Shown piece after piece: positions 1 to 12,500 of a DNA stretch of 64,000 nucleotides (position 1 is the stretch's first letter; the number at the start of each line of letters is the position of its first letter). Both the position numbers and the translations under genes were made by a program. The notes below the pieces were generated by a model that saw nothing but the letters and a program-made list of their open reading frames with translations, ran no database searches and was not told where the DNA came from. Origin of the DNA: Nymphaea colorata (taxonomy: Eukaryota); NCBI RefSeq assembly GCF_008831285.2, contig NC_045138.2, positions 42,098,001 to 42,162,000 on the forward strand. The letters run 5' to 3'.

Positions 1-340
1 CAATTGCTGACCATGATTAAACTTGGGTGACATAACACAAGTCATATTACTACAGAACCTAACAGATAAACTTGATTTAAACTTGGCTGACATGTCTGTG
101 TTCCATGTCTTTCACAAATCAACATTTAGCACACTTTCAAATTCTTTAATGCATAAGCCACTGTTAAGTGCAAGTGCATGTCGACTAGTACGTGGGGCTT
201 ATAGAAACCTTTCATTGTACATAGCAGAAGTTGTTAGTCTGTCCACCACTTCCTAAATTCTCATTATAGGGTGAGAAGAAAGGAGCAGAAAAAAGAAATT
301 TAATTAATTATATGTTAAACTCCAAACGACATTGTTGCTT

Positions 341-575
341 TTTGCCAAAGGCTTGAGCTATCGGCCAAGCCCAATGGCTTCAGCTATCGGCCAAGCCGCC
401 CATTGGCGGTTGTGAATGAAAATCCCAATGGCCGTAAAGCCATTGGTAAAACTTGCATGGGGAAAAGGGTTCCCAACGGCCTAAACCATTGGCAGTGGAC
501 TTATATTTTGCCAACAGTTGGACGGATGTTGGGAGTTCTTTGACATATCCTGATGGCCAAAGCCATGGGAAATTT
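341..575. repeat. Cluster of short GCCRTTGG/CCAAYGGC-type motifs in both orientations, resembling CACTA subterminal repeats
   Basis: Repeated gccaa/ttggc motifs (cccaatggc, gccattggt, cccaacggc, ccattggc) in a GC-richer patch; no CACTA terminus found. Confidence 0.3.
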
Positions 576-825
576 TTCCAATCATTACTAACTCGAATTT
601 TTCCCAACAGCCAACATACATAGTTGTTCAAATTCTATGATAGTTTGAAGAGAGAGAGAGAAAGAGCAAAAACTATAATTTTATTGATACACACAAACGG
701 TTCCAATCATTACGAACTCGAATTTTTCCCAACAGCCAACATACATAGTTGTTCAAATTCTATGATAGTTTGAAGAGAGAGAGAGAAAGAGCAAAAACTA
801 TAATTTTATTGATACACACAAACGG
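576..825 (+). repeat. Near-perfect 125-bp tandem duplication
   Basis: ttccaatcatta...cacacaaacgg at 576-700 and again at 701-825. Confidence 0.95.
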
Positions 826-1049
826 ATCTTGTCTATTACATGTTAAGTTTAATAGAACTACAGTCCATTATAGAAACTCAATAAATTTTTTAAAACCTGT
901 TTTTCTATGGACGGAACCAACTTAAAATTGGCACAAGTACTGCCTTTAATCTCCAATATTATTTGTCCTCCTGGCCTTTAATCTTCAATAGATTCATTCG
1001 GCATGCCCATACCCATACCCATGATTATTGTCCTTGCTTGAATCATTCT

Positions 1050-1418
1050 AGAGGCAGATGATGTGAACCTTTACATGTGCATACATAAGAAAGCAATCAC
1101 CGTAAACTGTAAATAGGAAACCCATCAACCAGGCAGGCCTTCCATGTTCATTCCAATGCTTTGCTGCACTAGACCACCCATAATAAATGTTAGCAACTTG
1201 AAACTGTGCAAAATGTGATGCAGGCCAGTGTGGCAGCCGATGCGAGCCTTTAAATGTGCATACAGAAGAAAGCAATCATTGTAAATTGTAAATAGGAAAC
1301 CCATCAACCAGGCAGGCCTTCCATAGTCATTCCAATGCTTTTCTGCACTAGACCACCCACAATAAATGTTAGCAACTTGAAATTGAGCAGAATGTGATGT
1401 AGGCCAGTGTCGCAGCCA
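1050..1418 (+). repeat. ~180-bp tandem duplication within the PPR pseudogene
   Basis: aaataggaaacccatcaaccaggcaggccttccat...gttagcaacttgaaa present at ~1111 and ~1290. Confidence 0.9.
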
Positions 1419-2050
1419 TGCAGTTTTACCTAATCCAAAGTTCAATTCAAATTTTCCCAACCAGCAGCAAGCAACTAAAGTTTAAAATAAAGAAGTACAA
1501 TATTATATCAAAAGAAGGTGGTTTTTGTAAGATTAGTAACAAATATACCCCATGAATGCATAACACATCCTTAAAGTCATGAGGTTGCTTCATTGCTTTG
1601 AATTTTAATTGTTCTCAAATATGTTACATAAAAAAGACCAGATTCAAAGTGCACTTCAATAAAGAAGCCCAAAACTGGTTGACATCATCTTTACCACTCA
1701 TCCAAGTCCACTCTTTAACAATAAAGCATGAATTCTGCTCCAGCAACAATTCCCCAACCACTATCAGCACACATCATGAGGAAACTCCCGGCACCCTAGC
1801 TATTCATCTTTAATCCAGCCAGGAAGTCCGAACCAGAATTATCCAAGTTTCATCATCATTTTTTGGTCATGCATAACCAGAAGGCAATGTATCACATGAG
1901 GTCTTGTCCAAATATAGTAAACCATCAAACATGTTTTTAGCTTCATCATCCAACTTACCATAGTGCATACATCATAGTCCACTTCATTCAGTTCATACCC
2001 TGTAATAAGTTGAATTTAATATGATTATAACAGTACAACGGGAAAAAGTT

Positions 2051-2056
2051 TGTGTG

Positions 2057-2102
<46 letters not shown>
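2051..2102. repeat. (TG)n(TA)n microsatellite
   Basis: Direct reading. Confidence 0.95.
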
Positions 2103-2105
<3 letters not shown>

Positions 2106-4199
2106 CACCACAAAAAAAAAACCATAGTGCATACCTCATAGTCCATTTCATTCAGTTCATACCCTTGTAAAATCCTGCAATGGCATCCATCACACAAAGA
2201 AGAAGCTGGGTTTGCTTCCTAATGGACCAAGATAAACTCAGATTTAGGCTAATAAATGCTGTGGAAAGACTATTTTGCCTTAATTTGGATGTGAAACCAA
2301 GCAGAAAAACACCTAGAGAGATCCAAGGAGCACCTGGTTGGGACCTAACTTTAGGTAAAACTAGTCCAAATTTCCCATGTTCCACAAATTTTGCTTAACT
2401 GGCAAGTTTTTGTATGTTGGCATTTTCTAAATTTTAGTGGGATGAAGTTAATGCTCAGACCTAATATGTTCATCATACATTTCCCCAAAAGTTTGCCACA
2501 GTTAAGAGCAAAGCAAAGTTTAAATCTTATCTTTTTGGTCCTCATGCTTTAGAATTTACCGTTCTGAAATAGCTGAACCATTTATCTGTCATGCCTTACT
2601 TTTTGTATTTGGAACAGGTCAAGCTGGTCACTACGAATTACTATCTTCCAGAATAGCATCATGTAAACAGATGGTCACCAAGAATTACTATCTTCCAAAT
2701 GTTTTTAAGTCCAGAGGTATTGATGCATTGTCATATTTTCTCTTCTGATTGACATGCTGTTACTAGAGAGAAACACATCTTGTTAATGAAAAGTCTGAAA
2801 TTGGAAGAAAAATTTATCTTCTCATCGTGTAATAGCAGTAGAAAAGTACTCTTTTGCTTGTGTAGCAAAGCAGCATTTTAATTTTCTTGAGTTGGATCTT
2901 ACAAGACAATCATGAAAAATATATGAAGTATATAGCAGTACTATAGAGTAGATTTCATGAAATCTAATTATACTATGCATAGAAAATTTGTTTCCTATTT
3001 GATCTGGACTAGATTTGTTTCATTATGCATCATTAGTTAATTAGGAGAGATGCCCCCTTATCCTATATCCTCATGCCCTTGAGTCCACCATGGTTTAGGA
3101 TGTATATATACAGTGATTCAAAAAACTGGGCTGTAGGAAGAAAGGAATTCATCAATTGATTCACATGGAATCAGGGTTACTCTATATATATATATATATT
3201 AGGTCAGCATGTAAGAAATCAAGCATGAAAAACACCAAATATGAGCTTAGTAGAAGATGAAGGCAGCTCTCTTTGGGATTTTGATTTTCAAAAGTGCACA
3301 TGGAAGAAAGACATTGATGGGAGAGTAGGTCAAGTTAGAGCCAAAGGCTGATTAGTGATAAGGGGTGTGCAGAAAAATAAAGAAGAAAACTACAAAGTTT
3401 ACCAAAAATATATTGGAACCATATACGTCTTTGTACATGCATGATGACAATGGTGTGATGCATTTTCCCCATTAGAAAAGACACAAGGGAGCATATTGGC
3501 TCACTTGTTTGTGTTTAACTGTATACTGCAATATACTCTAGGTGCAAGCTTTATTTATATATGCCCTGTGTACTTGTAATCTGGTGTTACATATGCCTGT
3601 TTTCTGGTTTATCACCCTTAATGTACATAGCTGAAGTTGCATGTGCTCAAAACTTCTGCTACATGGTGACATGAAGATCCCCACATGCCATACTCCTTTG
3701 TGGATTTTCACTCCCTGCTTAAACACTATTTAATGATGTCTATGTCAACCAATTCTCAACTATTAGACTAAATGAAAAAAAAACAAAAACAAATGGTTGA
3801 CATGTCTTTAACAAAAAAGATGGATATTCATTTAGAGAATTTTATTTTTCTTTCACAATAAAAAAAATTAACATGTGGCTTTTTCTTTTTGTTAGAAGCA
3901 CATGCTAATCACACATTTTTGTTTGTCAATGACTTAAAACAATTTACATAACTTAAAATTTAGCTCTTCACTCTCAAAAAATTTTTCACTGTACTATTTA
4001 GTGAAAAGAATAGATAGACAAATAATCAATGCACCCAAGGATTGGAATCATGTAGGGCATGAGGGAAAACCCTTCCATGTAAAACATATGAGATGATGAA
4101 ACAACTAATCTCCCTCTCTCTCTCTCGCTCTGTCTCTCGCTTGCAGTGATATCAATGGCCTCACTAAAACAAACATTGTATTACAAAGAAAATATTGTA

Positions 4200-5462
4200 T
4201 AACAATTATTCTCTTACAGTCATTTAAATGAATATCTATAGATGTAATTATAAGATAAAAGCATTGGATTAATTATAATTGAGCAAATAAATGACTTAAA
4301 TCTCTTCCATATGAGTACATACTTCTTATTACAATAATTGAAATAAATCAATATAGATGTATTACAATTTAATCTCATTTAATGAAATACAATTGAGGAA
4401 ATGAATGGCTTAATCTCATTTGTAATCGTACAAACTTAGAACAATCATTTAAATGAATCCCTATATATGTAATTACAAGTTAATCTCAATGGATTAACTA
4501 CAATTGAGCAAATGAATGCCTTAAATCCCTATTGTATTCATACAAACATGTAACTATAATCATGTAAATAAAGTAACTTAAATCCCTATCATATTCATAT
4601 GAACTTGTGATTATAATGTATATGTGTGAATGAGTTTCTTATTCTAAAACTACTAGGAACTATCAGACCACCTCAAAAATATTGTTAGTACATTTTATAT
4701 ACATGTTCAGGACTTACTAGCATGTATCTAGTTTCACCTCCACGTAAATATTGTGAACAAAATGTATGTAAGACATTCTTCTGCTAAATAACCTTACAAA
4801 CCTTCTAGATTATATTTATTTTGTACCTACAAAATGTTGAACACAAAAACCAAAAAAACATAACAATATGGTTTGATGTTATGAAATGAATGTGTACTTT
4901 TCAATGTGATACATCCACTTATGCTGAACTAGACTGCCTAAGGCTGCAATGAATTGGCAAATGCACCATAACATCAAAGAACAATGCTGAAAAAATCATT
5001 TCAAAATGATAAAGTGTAAGAATAATTTTTCTATTCTAATTTTTTTAGTTCTGCTTCTCTTAAAAAAACCACAAAACTCATCCATTATTGAGCTGATTTC
5101 CATGGCAATGATCTACATGCTGCTAATGGAAGAATCAAGTTTATCAAGACATGACAATTGTAACTTTTGAGTCAATTAGTTTAAATTATTTCTTATGAAC
5201 ACATCGGAAAATATTTTGCATATCATTGAGAATTTAATATGTTTTATCACTTTAAAAGATATCCTTTTACTTCTTATCTAACCAATAGGATGTAGGAGGA
5301 AGACATACTTTACTCAATTATAGTTCATGAAATGAGTTTAACTTGTACTTATAATTATATTGATTAATTTAAACTATTGTAATTAGGCTCATATTCAAAG
5401 AAATGAGATTAAAGTCATTCATTTGCTCAATTATGGTTTATCCAATGAGTTTAAGTTATAAT

Positions 5463-5496
<34 letters not shown>

Positions 5497-5665
5497 CATT
5501 TAAATGATTGTAAACACAAGTTTGTATGAAAACAATTGAGAATTAAGTCATTCATTTTCTAAATTGTAATTGATCAAATGAGATTGACTTGTATTTACAT
5601 ATATACGGATTCATTTAAATGATTGTTATCATAAATTCATATAAATACGATTGAGATTCAAGTCA

Positions 5666-5670
<5 letters not shown>
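4200..5670. mobile_element. Foldback-type element: long inverted arms built from ~110-bp tandem units
   Basis: Left arm (~4200-4620) repeats aatcatttaaatgaat...aattgagcaaatgaatg.cttaaatc; right arm (~5310-5670) holds the reverse complements (cattcatttgctcaatta, attcatttaaatgattg). Confidence 0.65.

Positions 5671-5742
<72 letters not shown>
5669..5742. repeat. (TA)n(GA)n microsatellite
   Basis: Direct reading. Confidence 0.95.
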
Positions 5743-5744
<2 letters not shown>

Positions 5745-5745
<1 letters not shown>

Positions 5746-6679
5746 CATTGAACCCATACTCTATGGTTCTAGTGACATTTCAAATGAGGGCTCTCCATCT
5801 TGTTGATGGAGAGCTCTCATTTAATCTTTTTTTTTGCTCTGTTTTCTATTTTTATTTTTTATTTTATTGTTTTTTTTTTAAAGTTCATGCAATGAAAGGA
5901 AAGTTGGAAGGAGGAGCTCCTCCACTGAAGGCGGTGCTCAGGTCTTCAGGTGGTGCTGCCCATCTGTTCCATACTGCCCGGTGGCTCCAGCCGATGGCCT
6001 GGATGCCACCATCAGCTGGTGGGATAGGACAAAACCCCTCCCCTTCCTCTCAACGTTAGGAAAGAGGGAAGGAAGAGAGGTTCCTTTCATCCTACTGGCT
6101 GACAGTAGTGCCAGGCAGTCAGCTGGCACCTCCTGGTAGTATGGATCCGATGGGCAGCACCAGCCAACGGCTTGGGCACCGCTGTTGGCCAGTGGGAGGG
6201 AGGTACCTCTCCTATCACCTTCTTCCCTCAAATTGGAGGAAGGGGGAGGGGTTTCCCCCCTTCCCGCTGGCCAACGGCGGTGCTGCCCAGCAGTACAAAT
6301 CCAACAATCGGTGGCCATCAGACGGTGCCGACCCACTATTGGCCAGTGGGAGGGGGAGGAACCCTTTCCCCCTTCTCAACGTTATAGAGGAAAGGGAAGA
6401 GCTTTCTCCCCTTCCTGCCGGTCAACGGCAGCACCCAGGCCATCTGCCAGCTTCGCCTGGTGGTCACTGATGGATACGCGGCACCGGCCGACAGCCTAGG
6501 CGCTACCATCTGCCAGTGGGAGGGAAGAAACCCCTCCCCCTTTCTCCTCCTCCCCTCTTCCTCTTCCCCTCCTCCATTCCATGAGCACACAAAAAAAAAA
6601 AAAAAAAAAGGTAAAAAAGAAAAAAAAAAGTAAACTTAAAAGTAGATGTCACTATAACCTTAGAGTTAGGGTTCAGTGA
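5745..6679. mobile_element. Non-autonomous TIR element with GC-rich repetitive interior, flanked by microsatellites
   Basis: Imperfect ~35-bp TIRs: tcattgaacccatactctatggttctagtgacat (5745-) versus atgtcactataaccttagagttagggttcagtga (-6679); flanked by (TA/GA)n and (TA/CA)n. Confidence 0.7.
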
Positions 6680-6689
6680 CTATATATAC

Positions 6690-6726
<37 letters not shown>

Positions 6727-6929
6727 TATACACACCTCCCACACACATATAGATATACATATATATCTTTTACATTTCAATGCAAAATTATGTAGACTTT
6801 AGGCATGAAAAGTGAGAAAATTATGTTTTCATGTCACACATTTTTACAAAAATCTATGTACGTGGAGCTAGCCAACACTTTTGCCTTTGCCTATTGATAA
6901 GCCAAATGAAACAGTGGGGATGATCACTC

Positions 6930-8000
6930 ATTGGAAAAGGACAACCACAGGATGCAAAGAGCAATCCCAATTAGCTAGTTGAGGACACATAATAAGTACA
7001 ATATTTGCACCAGTGGGTTGGCATGAGATGGGAAGATTGCACCCATCACTTACACGAATTGGAAAAAGGTGCTATAGAACCATAAAGATGATATGTGGGC
7101 TCAAATATAGGCTAGTAAAACATTTCAAACATTTTATGTGAGGTTAATTTTGTCCATTTTCAAAAGTGTAAAATATTGTGTGTTGCATAACTGACATGGA
7201 ATTTCTTTAATTGCAGGAAATCTTCGAAGTTCATGAATTGCTTAAATAATAAATTCTCATGTACATGCTTGGAAAAAAAAGGAAATGTAACTTTAAAAAA
7301 GATCATTATAAGGTACATCATACACTTGATATGCATTTGAATGATGTCCCTCCGGGGTTTTTTCCCGACTAGTGGCATGCTATCTTGTATTATTAGGAGT
7401 TTGAAGTTGCAAAAGTATGCACTTTTTTATATTATAGCTAAAATATGTCTTCTTATTACAATTATGTAGGCATCAAAGGTATAATTATGTAATTAATTGA
7501 GTGCATGTTGAAATGCAGAAAAAAAGTAAAAGAAAAAAATAAAGTAAATTGTGCACAACAAAGCTTCATTCACATTGCAGATACCAAAAGCTTCGAATGC
7601 ATAGTCATGAAGATGGTGAGCAATGTCTTATGTAGCTTAGTCTACTGTATTTTTTTTATTCATTTTTTGTCATAACAATGTACTAAAAATTGTTGATTTT
7701 TGATATATGAATAGAAAATTGTGAGAAGAAAACCATCAAGAGCTGAGATTTTCATGAAAACACATAAGAATACAAGAAAAGCAAGTGAAGTTATTGTGAG
7801 TATCATTTTTTATGTTTTTTTCATATGAAAATGGTAAATTTCACTTATTACAATAATATGAATTCACAGTAAATTGATTGTAGGCAAAACTAAAACAATT
7901 AATAAATCAAAAACCAGAAGGAGATTTGGATGAAGTTTATGGGGTTGATACAATTTCTCAAAATTTCAAAGAACGATATGGGCGTGTTCGAGTGCTTGTC
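6930..8000 (+). mobile_element. CACTA (En/Spm) TnpA/ORF2-like remnant, spliced, degenerate
   Basis: Translated pieces LA*DGKIAPITYTNWKKVL*NHKDDMWAQI, HIADTKSFECI and RKPSRAEIFMKTH match typical plant Transposase_24 (Ptta/En/Spm) motifs and are separated by short AT-rich introns. Confidence 0.6.
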
Positions 8001-9035
8001 TTGGGTGCCATTCCTTCTGTTGTGTTTGCAAACTCAAGTTAGAATTGTATTGATTATGAATATATTGTAGTAGAGTCTCCATGTGCCTTTGCTGAATGTG
8101 CACAATTGGTTGCCAAATTAAACAAAAGAGCCCAAATCCTTGAAGAAAATAATTTGGTGTTAGAACAAGAAATAAAAAACAAATGAAATAACAAATTAGT
8201 TTTCTTAGAAAAATTGTCATGAAAATTTGTCAAACTAGTTCAAGTGATTAGGTAAGTACTTTGCAAACCCTTATATGTTATGTTTTTAGTGACATCAACA
8301 TAGATAATAATTGTTGTTTATTTATTTTTGCAGGCACCAAATGGAGTACAAAATTTAGTTGTAGAAATGTAGAGGCTGGTAGACTAGAATTTCATGGTTT
8401 ATGTCTTCGTTTTGGCTGCATTAGAGAGAATAAATCAAATCAACTTCTATTACATCCATTTATAACTATGTTATGATCAATGTCTATTACTTTTTGAGGC
8501 TTAATTGACTTAATGTACTATGTTTATTTTTTGCGGATATGTTTTTATGCATTTTTAATTCTAGTTAGACTGATTTTACATTCATACATGCTCTAAACCT
8601 CATGTTATAATCACCATCAGGGACTATGTGGCCAATATTTAGCATAGGTAGCGCACACTTCCGCATCCTAAAAAGGCACATGAGTTTGTTTAGTAGACCC
8701 ATTACTTACCACATTTCAGAGTTGCAGAGTGGTAGGTCCAAGTGTTCTTAGCTGGTAAGTATTAAAGCATGTGGTTCTGCCACAATCCTTAAGCTTTATT
8801 TTGAATTAGTTCATAAATATAAAGTAACCCTATATTTATTTATATATTTCTCTATTGAGGAAAAAAGATGTTCACAGTTCGAATTTCCTCCACACAGTCA
8901 AGTTGAACACCAATATTGAAAAAGAAGATATGTTTAAGGGCTTGAAGTTTCCAAATTTATTTTTTACAACCTTGGTCAGTCTCAAACAAGGTGTTGCCCC
9001 TTGACGCCTAAGCAATTAATGATAGTGCCTTTAAT

Positions 9036-9432
9036 TGTTCCCATGTGTCTAAGAGTTTGTACAGTCCTTTGCTTTGTTTTGCATTGTACTTCCTTTGCTT
9101 ATGTTGAGTCATTTACTTACACATGTTTGCTTGTAAGGGAGTACCCTCCCACCAGTCTAAGTGTCATGTATTGAGATTCTTAGTTTTGGGTGGTCGGCTT
9201 GGGAATCTTGTAAGCAGCTTCGGCCATCCTATATAAGTAAAGTTGAGATCATTCTCCTTGCTTATCTTTCACGTGATGTACAAATTTTTCAAGTTGAATA
9301 CATTACGAGATTTCTTTATTCTTTATGCACTTGTTTTCCAAAACAACCTTTGCACCCCTTTCGGTGGTTTGAAGGCTTACGGCAATTGGGTTCTTGCCGT
9401 GCCGCACGGGCTGAAGGAGTCAGCCCGTAACA
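9036..9432 (+). repeat. 5' LTR (397 bp)
   Basis: tgttcccatgtgtct...gcccgtaaca; TATA-like cctatataag ~9228; matches 14113-14520. Confidence 0.95.
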
Positions 9433-9434
9433 AC

Positions 9435-9450
9435 TTGTATTAGAGCCAGG
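9435..9450 (+). promoter_or_regulatory. Primer-binding site, tRNA-iMet type (degenerate)
   Basis: ttgtattagagccagg directly after the LTR CA, versus canonical tggtatcagagcc. Confidence 0.8.
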
Positions 9451-9587
9451 TTTTGCTCAACCTGGGGAAGCGATTGGATAGTCAGTGTAGAACTACACGC
9501 CGGCGATCATTGATCGAAGAGGTCGTCCTGACGACTCAATACAATCTGCGAAGTGCCAAGGGTAAGGGAGTAGCCCAGTCTGACGAG

Positions 9588-12500
9588 ATGGGTACATCCC
9601 AGGGTTAGGGAGACCTGGCCGAGGTAGTGAACAAGCTGGTTAACGATGTGACTAGTCATGAAGAAGCGTTGGGCAATGCAGCCGAGTCCTTCGGGGAGAT
9701 GAAGGATGAGATGAAGATCCTACGGGATCAAATGGCCAATCTTATGGCTATGAATCGGTCACTTATTGACACAGTGACCGCACTGCAAGCTGAAGTCAAG
9801 GAACTTCAAATAAAGAACCGCACACTACAGCGACAAATCTCTGTAGGTGGAGGTGATGATCGGCCAGCGAAGGTCAACATTCGGAGGCTAGCGAAATACA
9901 ATGGAATTTGGGATAGTCGAGTGATCGACAACTTTTTATTCCAAGTGGAATATTATCTGGATCTGTAAGGCATTATGGGGGACGACCTTCAGGTCAAGAC
10001 TGCAGAGATGTTGCTGGAGGGCGATGATGTGGCATAGTGGAGACGAAAACGGCTTGACATTCAAAAGGGGATCTGCACAATAGACAATTTCGATGATTTT
10101 CAGCGAGAGTTGGGGACTTACTTCATGCCCCCGAATGCGACATGCCATGCCTATCGGATGGTCGATGAATTAAAACATACGGGTTCTTTGCGAGATTATG
10201 TGAGGGCCTATCAAAGGCTCATGTTAGATGTGTCAGATATGCAGGAACAAGATAAACTGAACTGGTTTATTTTGGGACTCTAATCGTGGGCACAATCCGA
10301 AGTGGAAAGGAGTAATCCAGAGACCTTGAAGGATGCTTATGTGGTAGCAGAACGCTTGGCCGATACCCAGCGCAAGAGCTACACTAACACCAAGCCCTCA
10401 AAGAAGCCTAACCATGGAGCAAGGAAAGAGGATAGACGGGAATGTAAAGATGAATCATCGACTTAGCATCAAGTCGAGAGGAGGACATTCTTTTGCAAAA
10501 ATGACAACTCTCAGAATAGAGTGTTGAAATGCTGGTTTTGCGAAGGTAGCCACTTGGGAAGACAATGTCCGAAGCATCCAAACAGGAACAATCAGGCAAA
10601 ATCTTCAAGACAATCTACTAGTGCGGTACAAGGTGAAGAAGGGGAAGGACCAAAGATGGGTGCACTTCAACTTCTTAACACCCTAAGAAAGGAGGAGAAA
10701 GCGAAGGTGATAGCGACACCTTCAAACGAGCTCTTGTACTTAGAGATCTTGGTAAATGGAAGGCCTACCATGGCCATGGTAGACACGGGTGCCACGCATT
10801 TCGTCTTAGATGAGGAGGCGAGAAGATTGGGCCTCACCCTTGAGAAGTGAGAGTTACGCATGAAGGCGGTAAACTCAGAGGCAAAACCCATCCATGGTGT
10901 AGCCCGGGATGCGGTTGTGAAGATTGAGAGTTGGTCAGGAAGAGCCAACTTCTCGGTGGTCCCGATGGATGATTTTCGGCTGATTCTAGGAATGGAGCTC
11001 CTCAGTACAGCGAAGATGGTCCCGATGCCATACCTACGAAGTATCAGTATCATGGATGAGAAGTCTCCTTGTATGGTCCTAACAATATCATTTAAGATGG
11101 ATAAGGGTAAGGCCGCAATGATATCCACTCTTCAATTGAAGAAATGCCTAAAGCACGGTGAGGAGACATACTTGGTGGCAATCAGGGAAGTGACTAATGA
11201 CTCCCCTGGTTTGGTCCCAGAGGCGCTTGCGCCTATCTTAGCGGAATTCGCAGGAACAATGCCTGCAGAGCTCCCTAGACGGCTGCCACCTCGACGTGAG
11301 GTGGATGATGCTATAGAACTCATTCATGGTGTCAAACCCCCCACAATGGCACCTTATCGAATGGCCCCTGCAGAATTAAAAGAGCTTAGGCGATAGTTGG
11401 ACGAGATGCTAGTTGGAGGTATAATCAGACCCTCCAAAGCTCTTTTTGGTGCACCGGTGTTGTTCCAAGCAAAACATGATGATTCCAAAAGGCTATGTGT
11501 GGATTATCGAGCACTGAATAAGGTAACAGTGAAAAACAAGTACCCCTTATCTTTGATTGCAGATCTGTTTGATCAACTAGGTGGAGCTCGACTATTTTCC
11601 AAGTTGGACCTTAGATCGGGATATTGGCAAGTTCGGATTGTTGACGGTGACGAGCCAAAGACAACTTGCGTCACTCGTTACGGTGCCTTTGAATTCTTGG
11701 TAATGCTATTCAGGTTGACGAATGCCCCAGCCACTTTTTCGACTCTAATGAACAAGATATTCTACCCGTAGTTAGATAAGTTCGTGGTAATCTATCTTGA
11801 TGATATTGTAGTGTACAGGGGCTCAATGAGAGATCATTTGGAACGCTTGCGGATAGTGTTCAGGGTGTTGGAAGAAAACAAACTCTATGTGAAGCGTGAG
11901 AAATGCTTATTTGGCCAACAAGAAATCAGTTTTCTCGGTCACATTGTCGGAAAAGGTCAGCTACGAATGGACAAAGAAAAGGTGAGGGCGATTCGGGATT
12001 GGAAACCGCCAACCAATGTACCGGAATTACGTTCTTTTCTCGGTTTGGTGAACTACTATCGGTGATTCATTGAGGGTTATTCTTTGATAGCTGCGCTTCT
12101 CACTGATTTGCTGAAAAAGAACCGAACTTGGGCTTGGGAAAGACTTGAGGAAGATGCCTTCGAGAAATTAAAGAGGGCCCCGACGTAGGAGCCTATGCTC
12201 AGGTTACCCGACCACTCGAAGAAGTTTGAAGTCTACACAGATGCATCAGATTTTGCTATTGGCGGAGTGTTGATGCAGGAAGGTCACCTGGTTGCCTATA
12301 AAAGCAGAAAACTTAAGGACGCGGAGCGTCGGTATTCTGTTCACGAAAGGGAGATGACGACCATTATCCACTGCCTTCGTAGATGGAGGCACTACTTGTT
12401 GGGAAGTCAATTTGTGGTAAAGACTGATAACGTAGCCACAAGCTACTTCCAAACTCAAAATAAGTTGAGCCCGAAGCTGGCCCAATGGCAGGAATTCCTT

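Larger units (their letters stand above)
1050..2600 (-). pseudogene. PLS-class PPR pseudogene (fragmented, frameshifted; E-domain-like 3' end duplicated)
   Basis: Minus-strand translation ~1700-1975: MYA(L)-GKLDDEAKNMFDGLLYLDKTSCDTLPSGYA (MYAKCG..A..+FD..D..SWN.++SGYA type) and LEQ-IHALLLKSGLG (L-motif type); ANIYCGWSSAEKHWN near 1330-1380 resembles the E-domain NIY..G.W..A..+..M. Confidence 0.55.

Noticed and set aside
5748..6590. Several overlapping 70-130-aa ORFs
   Set aside because: Open on both strands because of GC-rich repeats inside a TIR element; no recognisable domain
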